DNA from: Candidatus Dadabacteria bacterium
GTDB lineage: Bacteria; Desulfobacterota_D; UBA1144; Nemesobacterales; Mycalebacteriaceae
Direction: 5' to 3'
DNA: 64,000 nucleotides
Assembly: GCA_026708565.1 (NCBI GenBank)
Contig: JAPOUR010000002.1
Location: 49,131-113,130, forward strand
The translations under genes and the position numbers were made by a program. This document shows, piece after piece, positions 61,726-64,000 of the stretch. The notes under the pieces are model-generated. The model saw only the letters and a list, made by a program, of their open reading frames with translations. It did no database searches and was not told where the DNA came from. Numbering within the stretch: position 1 is the stretch's first letter; each line of letters starts with the position of its first letter.

Positions 61726-62733
61726 ATGGCGATTTGGGTGGCAAGGGCTGGAAAACATGGGGGAGAAGAAGACCTCGCTCTTGAGCAAGGACGGGCGTTC
61801 ATTGGTTGGACTCATCTCGGCGATTTGTCCGACATACATACACGAGAACAAATACGCGAACTCTTGGAGAAAAAATATCCAGATTGGAACTCCTATAAAG
61901 TGGGGAACCATACGGGGCAGATATTTAGGTTCATCAAGGAGATTCAAGTTGGTGATTTGCTCGCGTTACCCCTAAAAAAACGACCTACAATTGCGTTTGG
62001 AGAGGTTGTCGGTGACTATGAGTATATAGGTGGTAATCCCGAAAGTGCTCATCACAGTAGAAAAGTAAAATGGAAAAGTGAGCCAATTCCACGGAGTGCT
62101 TTTGATAAGGACCTTCTCTATGCCTTTGGCTCCCTATTAACTGTCTTTCGTGTGAACAAAAACAAGGAAGATAGAATAAAAGCGGTCATAGAGGGAAAGC
62201 CACAGCCAGAGGAAGAGACTGATAATACAGGGGATGAAGAGCAGGCACTTCCTGATTTGGCACAGTTGGCACATGATCAAGTCAGCGATTTTATCGGTTA
62301 CAAATTCAAAAGTCATCGCATGGAAGATTTGGTTGCTGAAGTTTTGAAAGCTCAAGGTTTCGAAGTTCGCCCCAATCCGAGAAAGGGGTCCGATGGCGGT
62401 GTAGATATTCTGGCAGGACGAGGGTCAATGGGATTTGATGAACCTCGTCTTTGCGTTCAGGTGAAGTCAGGTGATACGCCGATTAACTCTACGACCTATA
62501 ATGAATTGAAAGGTGTTATGCAGAAATTTGGTGCCACGCATGGGCTCTTGGTCTCATGGGGTGGTTTTAATCGCAATGTGGAGGAGGAAGCCAAGCGCGA
62601 TTTTTTCAATATCCGCTTGTGGAATGCGGAAGATCTTGTCAATGAAATTCAGGATGTTTACTCTAACCTTCCAAAAGAGATTCAAGCCGAGCTACCTATG
62701 CAACAAATCTGGCTGTTGGTGGATGAGGATTGA
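61726..62733 (+). CDS. Mrr-like (Mrr_cat) restriction endonuclease with COG4127-type N-terminal domain
   Basis: C-terminus GSDGGVDILAG...RLCVQVKSGDTPI...GLLVSWGGF provides a D...QxK PD-(D/E)xK core. N-terminus MAIWVARAGKHGGEEDLALEQGRAFIGW. ~47% GC on a counted sample line. Confidence 0.7.
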   Translation: MAIWVARAGKHGGEEDLALEQGRAFIGWTHLGDLSDIHTREQIRELLEKKYPDWNSYKVGNHTGQIFRFIKEIQVGDLLALPLKKRPTIAFGEVVGDYEYIGGNPESAHHSRKVKWKSEPIPRSAFDKDLLYAFGSLLTVFRVNKNKEDRIKAVIEGKPQPEEETDNTGDEEQALPDLAQLAHDQVSDFIGYKFKSHRMEDLVAEVLKAQGFEVRPNPRKGSDGGVDILAGRGSMGFDEPRLCVQVKSGDTPINSTTYNELKGVMQKFGATHGLLVSWGGFNRNVEEEAKRDFFNIRLWNAEDLVNEIQDVYSNLPKEIQAELPMQQIWLLVDED

Positions 62734-62779
62734 ATCTTCATGCTAGACTGTGAAATCAGTTTTGCAAGTTTAACCCCGA

Positions 62780-63811
62780 CTACAAAATCCTTTTCTGCAT
62801 TCCCGAAGGCGTTTCCATTCCCAGATGACTGTAGGCGAGCGGCGCGGCCTTTCTTCCCCTCGGGGTTTTTTCAAGCAACCCGCACCTGAGCAGAAACGGC
62901 TCATACACCTGCTCTATGGTGTCTCTGTCTTCGCTTACTGTGGCGGCGATGGTTTCCACGCCCACGGGGCCGCCGCCGAACTTGACGATGATGGCCTCAA
63001 GTATGGCGCGGTCAAGCCCGTCAAGGCCCATGGTGTCAATCTCAAGCATCTCAAGACAGGCGGTCGCCTCTTTCTCGCCGATGTTGCCGTCCGCCTTCAC
63101 AAGGGCGTAGTCCCGCGCGCGGCGGAGAAGCCGGTTTGCCACCCTCGGCGTCCCCCGCGACCTCTCGGCTATGCGCGCGGCGGCGGCGGCGTCTATCTCA
63201 ACGCCCATTATGCGCGCCGAACGCTTTATGATGGTCTCAATCTCCGCGCCTTCGTAATACTCCAGCCGCAACTCCATTCCAAAACGCGAATGAAGCGGGG
63301 AGGTCAGCAGCCCGGTTCTGGTGGTCGCCCCGATGAGCGTGAACGGCTCAAGGGTTATCTTCATTGAACGGGCGGACGGGCCCTCGCCCATGAGAAGGTC
63401 TATGCTGAAATCCTCCATTGCGGAGTAAAGATATTCCTCAACTATCCTGTTGGTGCGGTGGATTTCGTCTATGAAAAGAACATCCCCCGCGCCGAGGCCG
63501 GTCAGCATGGCGGCAAGGTCTCCCGTTCTCTCAAGCACGGGGCCCGATGTCTGGTGAAGCTCCGCCCCCAGTTCCGCCGCAACTATGCGGGCGAGAGTCG
63601 TTTTGCCAAGCCCCGGAGGGCCGCAGAGAAGAAGATGGTCCGCCGCCGCCTTTCTCTTTTTTGCCGCGCCGATGAAAACGGCCACTTTTTCCTTGCTCTT
63701 TTCCTGCCCCAGAAAATCACCCAGTTTCTCCGGGCGCAACCTCTCCTCGCCCGCCCTTTCAGACGCCTCGGCCTCCGGGCTAACCGCCCTGTTTTCCGTC
63801 TCCCCGCTCAT
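62780..63811 (-). CDS. ruvB: Holliday junction branch migration helicase
   Basis: RPEKLGDFLGQEK, Walker A GPPGLGKTTLA, FIDEIH and a RGTPRVANRLLRR sensor motif. Confidence 0.95.
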   Translation of the reverse strand: MSGETENRAVSPEAEASERAGEERLRPEKLGDFLGQEKSKEKVAVFIGAAKKRKAAADHLLLCGPPGLGKTTLARIVAAELGAELHQTSGPVLERTGDLAAMLTGLGAGDVLFIDEIHRTNRIVEEYLYSAMEDFSIDLLMGEGPSARSMKITLEPFTLIGATTRTGLLTSPLHSRFGMELRLEYYEGAEIETIIKRSARIMGVEIDAAAAARIAERSRGTPRVANRLLRRARDYALVKADGNIGEKEATACLEMLEIDTMGLDGLDRAILEAIIVKFGGGPVGVETIAATVSEDRDTIEQVYEPFLLRCGLLEKTPRGRKAAPLAYSHLGMETPSGMQKRIL

Positions 63812-64000
63812 TTCCTCATCACCCTGAGCGCGCTCTTTACCGCCTCCTCAAAACTCCCCGCCTCCTTCGCCTCCTCCTCAATCTCCCTTTGCGCGCCCCT
63901 TATCTCCGCGGCGGTAAAGCCGTAGTTTCTCAGGACGGAAAAAACGGCCTCGGCGTCATCACCGGTTTCGCCGGTCTGGGGGCCCGGAGGCGGCAGAACC
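63808..64000 (-). CDS. ruvA: Holliday junction DNA-binding protein RuvA, C-terminal part (5' end outside the window)
   Basis: Hand translation of the minus strand gives ...DAEAVFSVLRNYGFTAAEIRGAQREIEEEAKEAGSFEEAVKSALRVMRK-stop. The TGA overlaps the ruvB ATG (ATGA). Confidence 0.75.
   Translation of the reverse strand, partial: VLPPPGPQTGETGDDAEAVFSVLRNYGFTAAEIRGAQREIEEEAKEAGSFEEAVKSALRVMRK

Noticed and set aside
1-64000. rRNA, tRNA, tmRNA, RNase P and CRISPR arrays.
   Set aside because: All intergenic regions longer than 80 nt were read by eye. I saw no T-loop (GTTCGAATC-like) or acceptor pairing, no rRNA-like segments and no repeat-spacer arrays. A covariance-model scan (tRNAscan-SE, Infernal) would be needed to exclude small ncRNAs formally.

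Overview
This is a 64-kb chromosomal segment from a GC-rich diderm bacterium. Hand-counted sample lines give roughly 57-60% GC in the flanking core genes. All annotation is by eye from the sequence and ORF track, using motif recall only; no searches were run. The backbone is dense housekeeping: folD, folK, thiD, a phosphomannomutase, trpE/trpG, tadA, lipA, apgM, the sppA-rpsA-cmk-aroA block, dnaB, glnD, nadB-nadC...nadA, ferritin, lon and ruvAB. It also carries lipid and ketone metabolism paralogs: three ADC-family genes, two acyl-CoA synthetases, an acyl-CoA dehydrogenase, a PaaI thioesterase, a DUF35 protein and a fused AccA-AccD carboxyltransferase. I saw no rRNA, tRNA or CRISPR array. Several AT-richer islets interrupt the backbone. 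They are a lone 2H phosphoesterase (8.2-8.8 kb), a small lipoprotein splitting trpE/trpG (10.4-10.7 kb), a GIY-YIG protein plus a LapA-like gene fused into the lipA operon (27.3-28.4 kb), an island at 40.5-44.1 kb, and a hicB plus Mrr-like nuclease islet beside ruvB (61.3-62.7 kb). The 40.5-44.1 kb island is my best candidate for an undescribed system. It holds an FRG-domain/TPR protein and a tightly coupled 4-gene operon: a small helical protein, a DDE-less IS1595 Zn-ribbon/HTH fragment, a beta-class DNA methyltransferase with a DPQY motif, and a PD-ExK nuclease. The island sits directly after a truncated lipoprotein gene of a Slam (DUF560) / TbpB-like surface-lipoprotein locus. Other notable signals are a dense DnaA-box-like cluster at 4.37-4.48 kb and a 5-kb sugar-modification cassette that splits nadBC from nadA. 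The cassette encodes an epimerase, a GT4 glycosyltransferase, a radical SAM/SPASM enzyme, a His-phosphatase and a WG-repeat protein, and the nadA promoter/start junction is duplicated at its two ends. A recurrent leaderless-type promoter layout (TATART, 7-10 nt, start codon, no SD) also appears at several genes.
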